Assembly: GCA_023653095.1 (NCBI GenBank)
Contig: JAMNXP010000008.1
Location: forward strand, 22,922-86,921
Direction of reading: 5' to 3'
Length of the DNA stretch: 64,000 bases
DNA from: Bacteroidia bacterium
Lineage (GTDB): Bacteria; Bacteroidota; Bacteroidia; NS11-12g; UBA955
Of the stretch, positions 1 to 10,036 are shown piece after piece. The translations under genes and the position numbers were made by a program. Each line of letters starts with the position of its first letter. Position 1 is the first letter of the stretch. Under the pieces are notes generated by a model. The model did no database searches, had not been told where the DNA came from, and saw only the letters and a list, made by a program, of their open reading frames with translations.

Positions 1-651
1 GAGCTTTATGGTGTTGAGATAAAAGGTCAAGGCAAACCGTTTCAAACGGTTATTGCAGATGGTATTACCTTCATTAATTTTGGTATGGGAAGTCCGATGG
101 CTGCAACTACCATGGATCTTTTAACTGCTATCAGGCCCAAAGCAGTGTTGTTTTTGGGAAAATGCGGAGGATTAAAAAGGAAAAACAACATTGGTGATTT
201 CATTCTACCCATTGCGGCCATAAGAGGTGAAGGAACATCCAATGATTATTTTCCTCCAGAGGTACCTGCGTTACCATCTTTTTCTTTGCAGAAAGCCATT
301 TCAACAACCATTCGAGATTTTGGCTTAGATTATTGGACAGGAACCGTGTACACCACAAATAGAAGGGTATGGGAACACGACAAAGAGTTCAAGAAATATT
401 TGAGACGCATCAGAGCCATGGCTATTGATATGGAGACGGCTACTATTTTCAGCGTTGGATTTTACAACGCCATTCCTACAGGAGCCTTGTTATTGGTTAG
501 CGATCAGCCCATGATTCCCGAAGGTGTTAAAACTGCTGAAAGCGACAAAAGGGTCACAGAAGAATACGTAAGGAACCACGTAAAATTAGGGGTAGATTCC
601 TTAAAACAAATGATTAACAACGGGTTGACGGTGAAGCATTTGAGGTTTTAA
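1..651 (+). CDS. amn: AMP nucleosidase (PNP/UDP phosphorylase family), 5'-truncated by the window edge
   Basis: Frame open from base 1 (ELYGVEIKGQ...INFGMGSP). Motifs LFLGKCGGL, AAIRGEGTS, TTNRRVWE and AIDMETAT match the Bacteroidota AMP nucleosidase. Confidence 0.9.
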   Translation, partial: ELYGVEIKGQGKPFQTVIADGITFINFGMGSPMAATTMDLLTAIRPKAVLFLGKCGGLKRKNNIGDFILPIAAIRGEGTSNDYFPPEVPALPSFSLQKAISTTIRDFGLDYWTGTVYTTNRRVWEHDKEFKKYLRRIRAMAIDMETATIFSVGFYNAIPTGALLLVSDQPMIPEGVKTAESDKRVTEEYVRNHVKLGVDSLKQMINNGLTVKHLRF

Positions 652-722
652 TTGGTGATCCGTGATCAGCTCTCAGCGGTCAGCCGCTCTCCGATCACCG
701 ATCACCGACAACTGACAACCGC
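652..722. repeat. Mosaic heptamer repeat with inverted arms between convergent genes
   Basis: GGTGATC CGTGATC AGCTCTC AGCGGTC ... CCGATCA CCGATCA CCGACAA CTGACAA; the two arms are reverse complements. Confidence 0.8.
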
Positions 723-723
723 C

Positions 724-3525
724 CTATCTAGGCAACGCCTTTTCAGCGTTTAATTGGGCCTTTTCTACCATTTCTTGGGCCTGCTTTTGAGCCGATTCTT
801 CCACGAACTGAGCTTTAGCTTGAGCTTCTTGTTCTGTGCGGTCTGCGGAACTGTATGCCTTAGAACGAATGGCATCGGCCGATTTTTTAGCCTCTTTTCG
901 CAAGCGGTCAGCAGCTTTTTGGGCCGCCAACTTTTCAAGTTGATTTGTGGCTTTTGCTTGAGCAGCAGCAATTTCGTCTTCGGCTTTTTTCAATGCGGCA
1001 TCAGCCAATTTGTCGCCTTCGGCTCTTTGTCTGTCAGCTGCCTCTTTTCCTAGTTTACGAATATTGTTCGATTCTTCTTGGGCTTTTTTGATTAGAGCAT
1101 CGGCTTGTAGGTGAACTTGGTGTACTGCTTGGCCTGCAACTTTTTGAAGTTCTTGTTGGGCGGTGGCTTTTACAGGTTCAAGTTTCTTTTTAAGTTCCTC
1201 TTTCCCAAATTTCTTCCAATCGAGTTTAAATTTGGGGTCAGTGACTGTACCTGTAATGGTGAAGGGAACTTTCTTTCCTTCGGCTTGAAGGGTTCCCCCG
1301 AAAAGAATCTTTTGATCTAATCCAACGTTTCCGGCCAAGCTCATTTTTCCGCCCTTGGGAAGGTTCAAACCAATACTGTCTTTTACATTCAGTTTACCAT
1401 CTTCAATGGTGTAACGAACTTTGGCAGGTTTAACACTCAAATTTCCATAGTCCCAGTTGAACTGGTCATACACTTGTTTTAGCCAATTGGGTAGTTGCAT
1501 CTCACCCTTTTTTAGGTCTACCAAACCCGATGAAATCAAACTGCCCAGATCTAAATCCATAGATTCGGTAAACTTGGTATTTAATTGCATGTTCAAGTTC
1601 ATCAGACCGTCTACATCTTTCAGTGCAGGGGCGTATTTTTCAATGAGGGCCACCTGATTCATGATGTTTTTGGCGTTGAGGTCTAATAATGAAATATTGG
1701 TATTTACAACTGGTTGACTACCAGGTGTATAAGAATAAGTGGTTTGGTCTAATTTGATGGTGCTTCCCCAGATGCTCGCTTTCAATTCGTCGATGGCAAG
1801 TTTTCCTTGTTTGACGGTGATTTTTGCGCCGCAATTGCTCAGATCGTAGGTTTCATATTCCAAAACGCCCACACTTCCCACGAAAGTCAAATCGAGATTA
1901 TCTGGAATTTGAACGGCCGCCATTTCGCTGCTGTCTGTGGTTTCTTGGGACGTTGAATCGCTGTCAGCTGTGAGAAACTGATTGGCGTCAATCATGGGGG
2001 CATCTAAGGTCAATCTGCCCGTGAGGACTTCGCCGTTGATGGCATAACCGATGAAGTTTTCCAAGCCGCCGCTCATTGACATGCGCGAATTTCCGTATTG
2101 AAGCGATTGCAAATTCAAGGTAAAGTTCTTTGGATTCGCTGCCAATTCCATGAATTCTAGGTTCATGGGTAGGGTTGTAGGACTGTTATAATTCAGATTG
2201 TTTACAGTGATTTTACCCGATGCTTTCAGGTCTTCCACTTTGTCGCTGATGGCGGTAGAATAATGTCCATCAAACTGTATATCAGATGCAATAGATCCTG
2301 TTAATGTGGTATTTTTCTCTAGCGGAAGTACTTCTTTCCATTTATCTAAAGCAATCTTCGCTTTCATTTCGCCCTTAGCATAGGGATTGGATACGGGTGT
2401 TTTGGCAAATAATGTCGCGGATATGGGATCTCCACCCAAATTCAAGGCAAATTTCTTTAAGTTGATGGTGGTATGATCAGGGTCACCGTCGGTGTTTTTT
2501 AGGTTGAAATCTACGTTAATTCCTGTCACCGATGCTGGTAAACCAGGGTATGCAAAAGAACCATCATCAACGGTCAAGGTTATGTCAGTAGCGGGCATTC
2601 TCACATCGTCCATGATCCCTTTAATGGCTGCATGTACACCTGCTTTTCCTGATGCCTTCACATCTTTGAAATCTGCTGTATATGCACCTGGAACCACAGA
2701 TAATAGTGATTTGAATTCAGAGGATGGAACCGAAATGTCTAAGTCCATGTCCATGTTGAGGTCGTTCATTTGAAGCCAACCTTTCATCAATACGGGAAAT
2801 TCATTGATTTTAGCATCCAACTGATTGAAGGTGAACTTGAATTTGTCAAGGTCTATGTCAATGTTGCTTTCGGCAGTTAAATTGGCTTTGGACATGAGGG
2901 TCATTCCGTCAAAATCCATATCAGCCGATGCAATTTTGAGCTCATTGGCAAGCGTAAAGATGTTGTTTGAAAGCGATCCGCTTCCATCGAAATCCATGCC
3001 TTTCAGTTTGAAACTCATGGGCATTGAGTAGTCCGTATATCCAATAAGTGCGTTACTGAGTTTGATGGATTTCAAATCGAGTGAAATGGGTGCAGATGTG
3101 GTAGTATCAATTACCGCGGTAGAATCAATAGGGGTTATATCGAAGTTGGCACGTCCGCTTTTGAGGAAGATGAAGTTGATGTGCGGATTGTCTAAATCGA
3201 TTTTGCGAATGTTCATGGTTTCGCCGCCCAACACAGATTGAATATCCAAAATCACGCGGGTATTTTGTGCAGCGTAGAGTGTGTCGCCTTGGAAGGAATC
3301 ACGTCCCACGATACTCAAGTTCGGAATTCCCACAGAAACGTTGGGAAAATTTCGAATCAAGCTGATGGATAGATCGTCGTCAAATTTAACGTCGGCCAAC
3401 AGATTGGAATTAGCCGCATTTTTGGCTGCCGAAAGAATTTTGCCTTTGAAAGCAAACGGAAGAATCAATAAGATAACAAACAGAGAACCAAGGGCTATGC
3501 CCAAACGAATCATCAACTTCTTCAT
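724..3525 (-). CDS. AsmA-family (bridge-like lipid transport) protein
   Basis: N-terminal TM anchor, SISLIRNFPNVSV and LKSGRANFDI motifs, long beta-rich body, C-terminal Ala/Lys/Gln coiled-coil tail. Confidence 0.85.
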   Translation of the reverse strand: MKKLMIRLGIALGSLFVILLILPFAFKGKILSAAKNAANSNLLADVKFDDDLSISLIRNFPNVSVGIPNLSIVGRDSFQGDTLYAAQNTRVILDIQSVLGGETMNIRKIDLDNPHINFIFLKSGRANFDITPIDSTAVIDTTTSAPISLDLKSIKLSNALIGYTDYSMPMSFKLKGMDFDGSGSLSNNIFTLANELKIASADMDFDGMTLMSKANLTAESNIDIDLDKFKFTFNQLDAKINEFPVLMKGWLQMNDLNMDMDLDISVPSSEFKSLLSVVPGAYTADFKDVKASGKAGVHAAIKGIMDDVRMPATDITLTVDDGSFAYPGLPASVTGINVDFNLKNTDGDPDHTTINLKKFALNLGGDPISATLFAKTPVSNPYAKGEMKAKIALDKWKEVLPLEKNTTLTGSIASDIQFDGHYSTAISDKVEDLKASGKITVNNLNYNSPTTLPMNLEFMELAANPKNFTLNLQSLQYGNSRMSMSGGLENFIGYAINGEVLTGRLTLDAPMIDANQFLTADSDSTSQETTDSSEMAAVQIPDNLDLTFVGSVGVLEYETYDLSNCGAKITVKQGKLAIDELKASIWGSTIKLDQTTYSYTPGSQPVVNTNISLLDLNAKNIMNQVALIEKYAPALKDVDGLMNLNMQLNTKFTESMDLDLGSLISSGLVDLKKGEMQLPNWLKQVYDQFNWDYGNLSVKPAKVRYTIEDGKLNVKDSIGLNLPKGGKMSLAGNVGLDQKILFGGTLQAEGKKVPFTITGTVTDPKFKLDWKKFGKEELKKKLEPVKATAQQELQKVAGQAVHQVHLQADALIKKAQEESNNIRKLGKEAADRQRAEGDKLADAALKKAEDEIAAAQAKATNQLEKLAAQKAADRLRKEAKKSADAIRSKAYSSADRTEQEAQAKAQFVEESAQKQAQEMVEKAQLNAEKALPR

Positions 3526-3589
3526 AATACGAATTTACTATTATTCAGTAACGTATTTTTCGCTATTTTCGTTGCATAAACCTATAAAA

Positions 3590-4012
3590 ATGAAAACTGG
3601 ATTATTGCATTTACATTCAACCCTCAGATGGGTGATTTTGGTGTTGTTAGTGTTAACCATCGTTCAACTTTTCACCAATAAGGCGGCTCGTCAAGCGAAA
3701 ATTTTGACCATTGTTTCACACGTGATGCTTTTGATTGGAGTAATTCAGTGGTTCATCACTGATTGGGGACTCAAACTCATCCAAAATGTGGGCATGGCTT
3801 CCGTAATGAAAGACAAGATTCAGCGTTTCTTCGCTGTGGAACACGCATTGACCATGATCATTGCCATTGTTTTGATCACCATGGGCGGAGTTGCGGTTCG
3901 CAAAGAGAACACCAAGAAAGCAAGAATATTATATGTAGTTGCGTTGCTTCTGATCCTATCTCGCATTCCTTGGCCATTCATGGCAGCCGGCGCTGGCAGA
4001 GGGTGGTTTTAA
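3590..4012 (+). CDS. Conserved 4-TM membrane protein with intramembrane His residues (cytochrome b-like hypothetical)
   Basis: Probable start is ATG 3590 (MKTGLLHLHSTLRW...). Four hydrophobic segments, RFFAVEH and IPWPF motifs. The ORF-track extension overlaps asmA. Confidence 0.75.
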   Translation: MKTGLLHLHSTLRWVILVLLVLTIVQLFTNKAARQAKILTIVSHVMLLIGVIQWFITDWGLKLIQNVGMASVMKDKIQRFFAVEHALTMIIAIVLITMGGVAVRKENTKKARILYVVALLLILSRIPWPFMAAGAGRGWF

Positions 4013-4015
4013 TCA

Positions 4016-4200
4016 GGTCTTTGGTCCTTGGACTTTGGTTGAAGGCTTTAGAGTGGAGAGTGGAGAGGGTAGAGGGTAGAGGGCTCAGCTCTCAGCTCTA
4101 AACTCTCAACTCTCAACTCTCAGCTGACGACTGATGGCCCAGCGAAGCTGAACGGCTGATCACCGATCACCGATCACCGATCACCGATCACCGTCTACCG
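4016..4200. repeat. Mosaic heptamer repeat patch
   Basis: Blocks of GGTCTTT-type, GAGTGGA/GAGGGTA, AACTCTC and (GATCACC)x5 units around AGCGAAGC at 4141-4148. Confidence 0.85.
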
Positions 4201-4243
4201 ATTTTTTTGGCATCCTTACAGTTTGTAGTGTAATTTTGGATTT

Positions 4244-5686
4244 ATGAACATGAAAAATTGGATTGCTATTGTTTTAGTTTCAATGACATCGGGATTTGTG
4301 GGCTCTTGGATATTCAGAGGGAGCGGAGCAAATACGGTGGTATTAAATACGGCATCAGAAAACTCCAATTTGGTGCCAAGTAGGGTTGCGAATTCTGGGA
4401 TGGATCTGAATTCCTTCGAAAAGGCGTCTGCGGCTTCTACGCCGTCTGTAGTTTTCATCAAAACCATTTCTACGGTTCAATATGAATCACCCTTTGGGGG
4501 GCTTTTTTGGGACTTTGACCCGTTTGGAAGCAGAGGGAAGGCATCCAGCACAGGCAGCGGAGTCATAGTAAATTCGAACGGTTATATTGTGACCAACAAT
4601 CACGTCATTCAGGGAGCAGAGAGCATTTCGGTGGTGTTGAACAAGGGTAAAAAAGAGTATGTTGCGAAAGTGGTGGGCACTGATCCGGGTTCAGATTTGG
4701 CGTTGATCAAAATTGAAGCTACTGATCTTCCAGCTGCGGTCATTGGAAATTCTGATCAGGTGAATGTAGGTGAATGGGTCCTCGCGGTGGGTAATCCGTT
4801 CAATTTGAATTCTACCGTTACTGCCGGAATTGTTAGCGCTAAGGGACGAAATATCAATATTGTTAAAAATCAGTTTCCCATAGAAAGTTTCATCCAAACC
4901 GATGCCGCCATCAATCCGGGGAACTCGGGTGGAGCTTTGGTGAATTTGCGCGGAGAGCTTATTGGAATTAATACCGCAATACAATCAAATACAGGTAGTT
5001 ACACCGGATACGGCTTTGCTATCCCCAGTAACATCGTCAAAAAAATCATTACCGATTTGATTGAAAAAGGCGAAGTTCTAAGGGCTTTTTCAGGGATGGA
5101 AGTCGGTGCATTATCGTCCGAAGAAACCCAAAAATTGGGCGTGGATTTGACCGGTGAACCTTTAAAAATCAAGTCCATTTTGGAAGACGGTCCTGCCGAA
5201 AAATCGGGATTAAAAGCGGGTGACATTTTGACTAAAATGGGTGATCAAACCATTGACGGACAGTCGAGCTACGATGAGTTTATGGCCTATCAGCGTCCGG
5301 GCAATAAAATTGCATTTGAGGTGATTCGTGCCGGCAAATCGGTAAAGGGTGATTTGACTTTGATTTCGCAATCGGCCAACAAAGAATTGCTGATGAAAGG
5401 GGTGGTGAGTAGCAGTTTTCTTGGAGCTGATTTCCAACCCTTGAGCGCAGCTGATAAAGCGAAATTCAGAATTGAAAGCGGCATTCGATTAATTAATATT
5501 CGTCGTAACGGCGGAATCGCCCAAATGGGACTTCCCAATGGATTTATTGTAGTAAAATTCAACGGTAAATCTTACGATACCCCCGAAGATCTCATTGCCG
5601 CGATGGAAGGTAGCTCTGGCAAGATGCAGATTCAGGGCTTAGACCCCAACGGAAGTAGCCGAAGTTATTCGTTCTATCGTTATTAA
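4244..5686 (+). CDS. DegP/DegQ (HtrA) periplasmic serine protease with PDZ domains
   Basis: GSGVI, TNNHV, SDLALIK and IQTDAAINPGNSGG catalytic triad motifs, followed by PDZ domains. Confidence 0.95.
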   Translation: MNMKNWIAIVLVSMTSGFVGSWIFRGSGANTVVLNTASENSNLVPSRVANSGMDLNSFEKASAASTPSVVFIKTISTVQYESPFGGLFWDFDPFGSRGKASSTGSGVIVNSNGYIVTNNHVIQGAESISVVLNKGKKEYVAKVVGTDPGSDLALIKIEATDLPAAVIGNSDQVNVGEWVLAVGNPFNLNSTVTAGIVSAKGRNINIVKNQFPIESFIQTDAAINPGNSGGALVNLRGELIGINTAIQSNTGSYTGYGFAIPSNIVKKIITDLIEKGEVLRAFSGMEVGALSSEETQKLGVDLTGEPLKIKSILEDGPAEKSGLKAGDILTKMGDQTIDGQSSYDEFMAYQRPGNKIAFEVIRAGKSVKGDLTLISQSANKELLMKGVVSSSFLGADFQPLSAADKAKFRIESGIRLINIRRNGGIAQMGLPNGFIVVKFNGKSYDTPEDLIAAMEGSSGKMQIQGLDPNGSSRSYSFYRY

Positions 5687-5687
5687 C

Positions 5688-5695
5688 TATCTTTG
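5688..5695 (+). promoter_or_regulatory. Bacteroidota -7 promoter element upstream of kdsA
   Basis: TATCTTTG matches TAnnTTTG, 4 nt before the ATG. Confidence 0.55.
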
Positions 5696-5699
5696 CAAC

Positions 5700-6521
5700 A
5701 TGAACATAATGATGCCGAACATTCCGTTATTGAAATATAGAGAGTCTGGGAATTTTTTCATCTTTGCTGGGCCTTGTGCCATTGAGGGTAGGGATATGGC
5801 TTTTGAAATAGCGGATAGATTGGTGCAAATCTCGAATGAATTGGAGATACCTTTGGTGTTTAAAGGTTCATATAGGAAAGCAAATAGGTCACGAATCGAT
5901 TCGTTTACAGGAATTGGTGATGAAGCTGCTTTGCAGATTTTGGGAGATATTAGAGAGAAGTATCAAATTCCGGTGGTGACAGATATTCATGAGTCGCACG
6001 AGGCGGCCATGGCTGCAGAATATGTAGATGTGTTGCAGATTCCTGCGTTTTTGTTCAGACAAACGGAGTTGTTGGTTGCTGCCTCACAGACAGGAAAGTG
6101 GATCAATATTAAGAAGGGACAATTTGCGGCATCCAACGCTATGCAACATGCGTTACAGAAGTGCGTGGATTCAGGAAATGATCAAGTGATTTTGACTGAC
6201 AGAGGAAACTCTTTTGGATATTCGGATTTGGTGGTAGATTTTAGAAATATACCCGAAATGAGATCTTTTGGTGCGCCTGTGGTGATGGATATCACGCATA
6301 GTTTGCAACAACCCAACCAGAGCAGCGGAGTAACCGGTGGAAAGCCTGAGCTGATTGAAACCATTGCAAAAGCGGCAGTTGCTGTTGGGGTTGATGGATT
6401 GTTTGTGGAAACACATCCCAATCCTGCAGTAGCAAAAAGCGATGGAGCAAACATGCTACCCTTAAACGAACTACAGCCTCTTTTGGAGAGGCTGCAGCGT
6501 ATTAGAAAAGCTATATTATAA
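5700..6521 (+). CDS. kdsA: 3-deoxy-8-phosphooctulonate (KDO8P) synthase
   Basis: AGPCAIE, KANRS, QIPAFL, NIKKGQF, DITHSLQ and SDG motifs. Confidence 0.96.
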   Translation: MNIMMPNIPLLKYRESGNFFIFAGPCAIEGRDMAFEIADRLVQISNELEIPLVFKGSYRKANRSRIDSFTGIGDEAALQILGDIREKYQIPVVTDIHESHEAAMAAEYVDVLQIPAFLFRQTELLVAASQTGKWINIKKGQFAASNAMQHALQKCVDSGNDQVILTDRGNSFGYSDLVVDFRNIPEMRSFGAPVVMDITHSLQQPNQSSGVTGGKPELIETIAKAAVAVGVDGLFVETHPNPAVAKSDGANMLPLNELQPLLERLQRIRKAIL

Positions 6522-6526
6522 GCTTT

Positions 6527-9319
6527 TTATTTTTCATTTTTTTCCTTGGCGTTTGCCGCTGGCTTCTTAGCTGGCTTAGCTGGTTTTGCTGGCTTCACTG
6601 GTTGTCCAACGCGCTTGATTTTGAACTCACGAGATACCTTCTTAGGAATCAACACCAATTCTTTATCGGTTTCGTATGAATCTGAGGTAAAGTATTTTGT
6701 GATGGTTTTATCTGTGATGCGAGGAGCATTTGACTTTTCGTCAATTTTGAACTGTACACCCGTAATTGGGTAATCACCAATTTCCATGTTTTCAACGGTG
6801 AACTTGTTGCTTGGCAATTTGATTTTACCCACCTTGAACTTGTCGCCTTCAATGAAGTCTTTCTTTGTCAATAGTTTCTTTTTGTACCATTCAGCGGCCA
6901 ATTCAGGAGTAACAGTATTTACTTTTCCTTTTTTGTCGATGATGAACATGGTAGGCTCTGCGCCGAACATCATGATGGGGATTGTTCTCTCTTCTTTGGG
7001 ACCAGAAAGCGGTAGTTTCACAGCGAAGGTTAAGTCAAGCACGGGTTTAGCCGGTTGCGCTGCGGCAGCTGAATCTTTTGCTGCAACCACCTTGATTGAA
7101 TCCTTAACACCTACATTGGTGTTATTTACGTCAACGTCTTGGTTGACTTTTACGCGCGATTTTTTGTCTTCAAATTCAAAACGAACCGTGGTTCTACGAT
7201 TTTGTTGATGCTGGAATTCATCACAAGGAACAAAGGGTTTTCCATCAATAGGAACGATTTCCGAAGCTTTATAAGTGTCGTAAACCGAACTGATTACGTT
7301 TCCTTTTTTATCTTTGGTGATGACCATTTTACGGGTCTTTCCGGCAATGTATGGGGTGTAGCCCGCTTTTTCGGCGCCTTCACATTTACAGTCATTGATC
7401 AATTCTTTTTCCCCAAATCCAACAGCAATGATTCTCGATGAATCAATGTTCCAACGACGCATCAAGTAAACGCGTGCAGAATCAGCTCTTCGTTGTGCCA
7501 GACGTGTATTATAATCAACCGATGCACGACAGTCAGTGTGTGAACCTAATTCCGCAATCAATCTTGGATAGCGAATCATAACATCTTGAGCGAATGTGTC
7601 AAGGATGCGCGCTGCATCTGGACGGATTCTTGCGCTGTCAAGATCATAGAATATAGGAAGCGAAATGATTTGATCTAGTGGGTTTACTAAGCAGAAATCT
7701 TGAACCAATTCGGTTGAGAATCTGATTCCGTGGGTAGTTCTTTGAACCGATGGAATGTCGAAATAGTATAATTCTGGGTTCTTAGCAACGATTTCGTAGT
7801 TGGTTTTGGGTTTCAACTGGGCCATGTACTCACCGTTTTCATTGGTTTTAAGTATCATGGTTGATGTATCTTTATCGTTGGTGATTACTACTGTAGCACC
7901 TTTAAGAGGTAATTTGGTGTTACAATCAGTTACCACACCACGAAGGGTAATGACTAAAGGCAATACATCAAAAGAGTAAATATTATCATCGTTTCTGCGA
8001 TCACCGCGGTTAGAAGTAAAGTAACCGGCTTTGGCAGTATTGTTTAAGAAGGTGATGGCAAAATCGTCTCCACCTGAATTCAGAGGCTCACGAAGGTTTT
8101 CCATATCAACCCATTTGTTGATTTCTTCGGTTTGTGCGGCAGAGAACATATCCAATCCACCTAAACCTGGCCAGTAATCAGAACTGAAATAAAGGCGTTT
8201 GTCGTGTTCGTTGAAATAGGGGAAGTATTCGTTTCCGGGTGAGTTTATTTGGGGACCCAAGTTTACTGGATTGCCCCAAGATCTAGATCTACGGCTGTAG
8301 GTCACTGCCCAGATATCAAATCCCCCGAAACCACCATCGCGGTCGGAAGAGAAGAACAAAATTTTATCATCATCGCCGAGGGCGGGGTGACCGTAACTGT
8401 GACCCGTATCTTGCTTGCAGATTTCAAGCACGTCGCCCATTTGCCAATCTGGACCGGTTTTTTTGTACTGATAGATGGCGCACTTCTCTGATTTTCCGTC
8501 TTCGCCGCCGCATTGGGTCATGTACATTTCCGAAAAACGACGGTTGAAAGTAAGTCCACCTTCATTATATTTGGTAGAAGCGGTTTTGGAGAACATGGCC
8601 TTACCCCATTTCATTTGGCCTGCAGAAGCGGCTGTATCTCCGCGTTTTTTCTTTGTTTTTTGTCCTTCAATGTACCAAATATCAGACCATTTTTCTAAGG
8701 TTCCGCCGTAAACTCTTTTGGATGTACCGCCTTCGCGGTCAGAGGCGAAAAACACCACATCGTCTTTACGTGAAGCCACCATGGGAGCCCAGTCGTTGGC
8801 GCGTGTGTTTGCAAGTTTAAACTCCTGAACTCGGAAAAGAGAACTGTCAGGTGTCCAGCTCAAAGCCATTTCGCAACCCATCATTTTTTGCATAGCATGA
8901 CTGTCGCCTGGGACTTTATCTAGGTATGTTTCGTAGGCAGATAGTGCACCGCGATAATCTTCCATTTTCTTGAGCATATTTGCTCTCATTAAAAGCGCTT
9001 GGCTGTTGTTGGGGTCTGTCTTAAGGACCTTTTCGTACAGCTTTTGTGCTTTCAAATATTTATTGTTTAGACGATACGCTTCAGCGGCCATCATGTTGGC
9101 TTTTTCGCGCTCTTTCTTGTCTTTGGCATTTCTAGCCACTTGTTCAAAGACAATGGCAGATTGACCGAAGTACCCTTGATCAAACAATTTTTGGGCATCG
9201 CCAAACTTTGGCGAACAGCCTGTATTTAAAGTAGTTACCAGGAAAATAAACCCTGCAATTACCAATAAATTTTTTCCTCTACTGAGAAGTTTTTGAATAT
9301 CGGGGAAATGCATCTTCAC
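6527..9319 (-). CDS. PorE-like lipoprotein: TPR + PD40 propeller + CarboxypepD-like + OmpA peptidoglycan-binding domain, with a C-terminal extension
   Basis: Lipobox-like NTGC, TPR helices, FFSSDRDGGFGGFDIW and GGLDMF repeats, IFYDLDS, ELGSHTDCR, NTRLAQRRA, NRRT. Confidence 0.88.
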   Translation of the reverse strand: MKMHFPDIQKLLSRGKNLLVIAGFIFLVTTLNTGCSPKFGDAQKLFDQGYFGQSAIVFEQVARNAKDKKEREKANMMAAEAYRLNNKYLKAQKLYEKVLKTDPNNSQALLMRANMLKKMEDYRGALSAYETYLDKVPGDSHAMQKMMGCEMALSWTPDSSLFRVQEFKLANTRANDWAPMVASRKDDVVFFASDREGGTSKRVYGGTLEKWSDIWYIEGQKTKKKRGDTAASAGQMKWGKAMFSKTASTKYNEGGLTFNRRFSEMYMTQCGGEDGKSEKCAIYQYKKTGPDWQMGDVLEICKQDTGHSYGHPALGDDDKILFFSSDRDGGFGGFDIWAVTYSRRSRSWGNPVNLGPQINSPGNEYFPYFNEHDKRLYFSSDYWPGLGGLDMFSAAQTEEINKWVDMENLREPLNSGGDDFAITFLNNTAKAGYFTSNRGDRRNDDNIYSFDVLPLVITLRGVVTDCNTKLPLKGATVVITNDKDTSTMILKTNENGEYMAQLKPKTNYEIVAKNPELYYFDIPSVQRTTHGIRFSTELVQDFCLVNPLDQIISLPIFYDLDSARIRPDAARILDTFAQDVMIRYPRLIAELGSHTDCRASVDYNTRLAQRRADSARVYLMRRWNIDSSRIIAVGFGEKELINDCKCEGAEKAGYTPYIAGKTRKMVITKDKKGNVISSVYDTYKASEIVPIDGKPFVPCDEFQHQQNRRTTVRFEFEDKKSRVKVNQDVDVNNTNVGVKDSIKVVAAKDSAAAAQPAKPVLDLTFAVKLPLSGPKEERTIPIMMFGAEPTMFIIDKKGKVNTVTPELAAEWYKKKLLTKKDFIEGDKFKVGKIKLPSNKFTVENMEIGDYPITGVQFKIDEKSNAPRITDKTITKYFTSDSYETDKELVLIPKKVSREFKIKRVGQPVKPAKPAKPAKKPAANAKEKNEK

Positions 9320-9413
9320 AATTAAGCCTAATTAAAACGCTAATTAATGAATTCTTTGTCATACTTCAAAGTTTTCACCTCATTTTATTTAGGTTAAATG
9401 ATTTAAATTCTCA

Positions 9414-9761
9414 TCAATGATGCACTCTTAGGCGCTTGGTTTGCTCAAAATCTTTGCCTTTGATTCTCACCAAATAAACACCATCTGGAACTTGGGTTAA
9501 ATTCAATACTATCTTATTTTCTGCTGAACTCACTTGAGTTCTCAAAGGATGTATTTTGGTTCCGATTACGGTATACATTTCTACTTCCAAATCTTCGATA
9601 TCGCCTACCACATTTTCAATCGAAATATTCACCCAGTGATTGGCTGGATTGGGTTTCATGTCGAAATTAAATGAAACCGTTTCGCGTTCAAAATTAACGT
9701 TTTGAGATTGAGCCTTTGACAGGCTGAAAAGCAACAACAGGAATAAGTAAATAGGTTTCAT
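9414..9761 (-). CDS. Small T9SS type-A sorting-domain protein (signal peptide plus CTD only)
   Basis: Signal peptide ending AQS, then KPNPA...MYTVIG...LNLTQVPDGVYLVRI...TKRLRV. Confidence 0.8.
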   Translation of the reverse strand: MKPIYLFLLLLFSLSKAQSQNVNFERETVSFNFDMKPNPANHWVNISIENVVGDIEDLEVEMYTVIGTKIHPLRTQVSSAENKIVLNLTQVPDGVYLVRIKGKDFEQTKRLRVHH

Positions 9762-9795
9762 GTTGAGAGGATAGCAAAAAGTGGGCCAAGTTTAT

Positions 9796-9886
9796 GGTGA
9801 TCGGTGATCGGTGATCGGTGATCGGTAATCAGTGATCGGTGATCGGTGATCGGTGATCGGTGATCAGCCGACAGCGGACAGCGGTC
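9796..9886. repeat. (GGTGATC)x10 tandem heptamer array plus AGCGGTC-type units
   Basis: Directly visible; two of the ten units are variants. Confidence 0.95.
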
Positions 9887-9959
9887 AACTTTGCTGAGAC
9901 TTTTAGACTCACGCTTCGCTATGACTTTGAGTCTTCAGCTATTGGGTTTCGGCTGTTTT

Positions 9960-10036
9960 CCAAAGACCAAAGACCAAAGACCAAAGACCAAAGACCAAAG
10001 ACCAAAGACCAAAGACCAAAGACCAAAGCCTAAAGC
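9960..10036. repeat. (CCAAAGA)x9 tandem heptamer array plus 2 degenerate units
   Basis: Directly visible. The last degenerate unit CTAAAGC contains the aminopeptidase stop codon. Confidence 0.95.

Noticed and set aside
3281-3589. N-terminal extension of ORF 3281-4012
   Set aside because: It is antisense to the asmA 5' end; the probable start is ATG 3590.
9796-10036. Repeat arrays as a CRISPR array
   Set aside because: Units are 7 bp, contiguous and without spacers; no cas genes are present.
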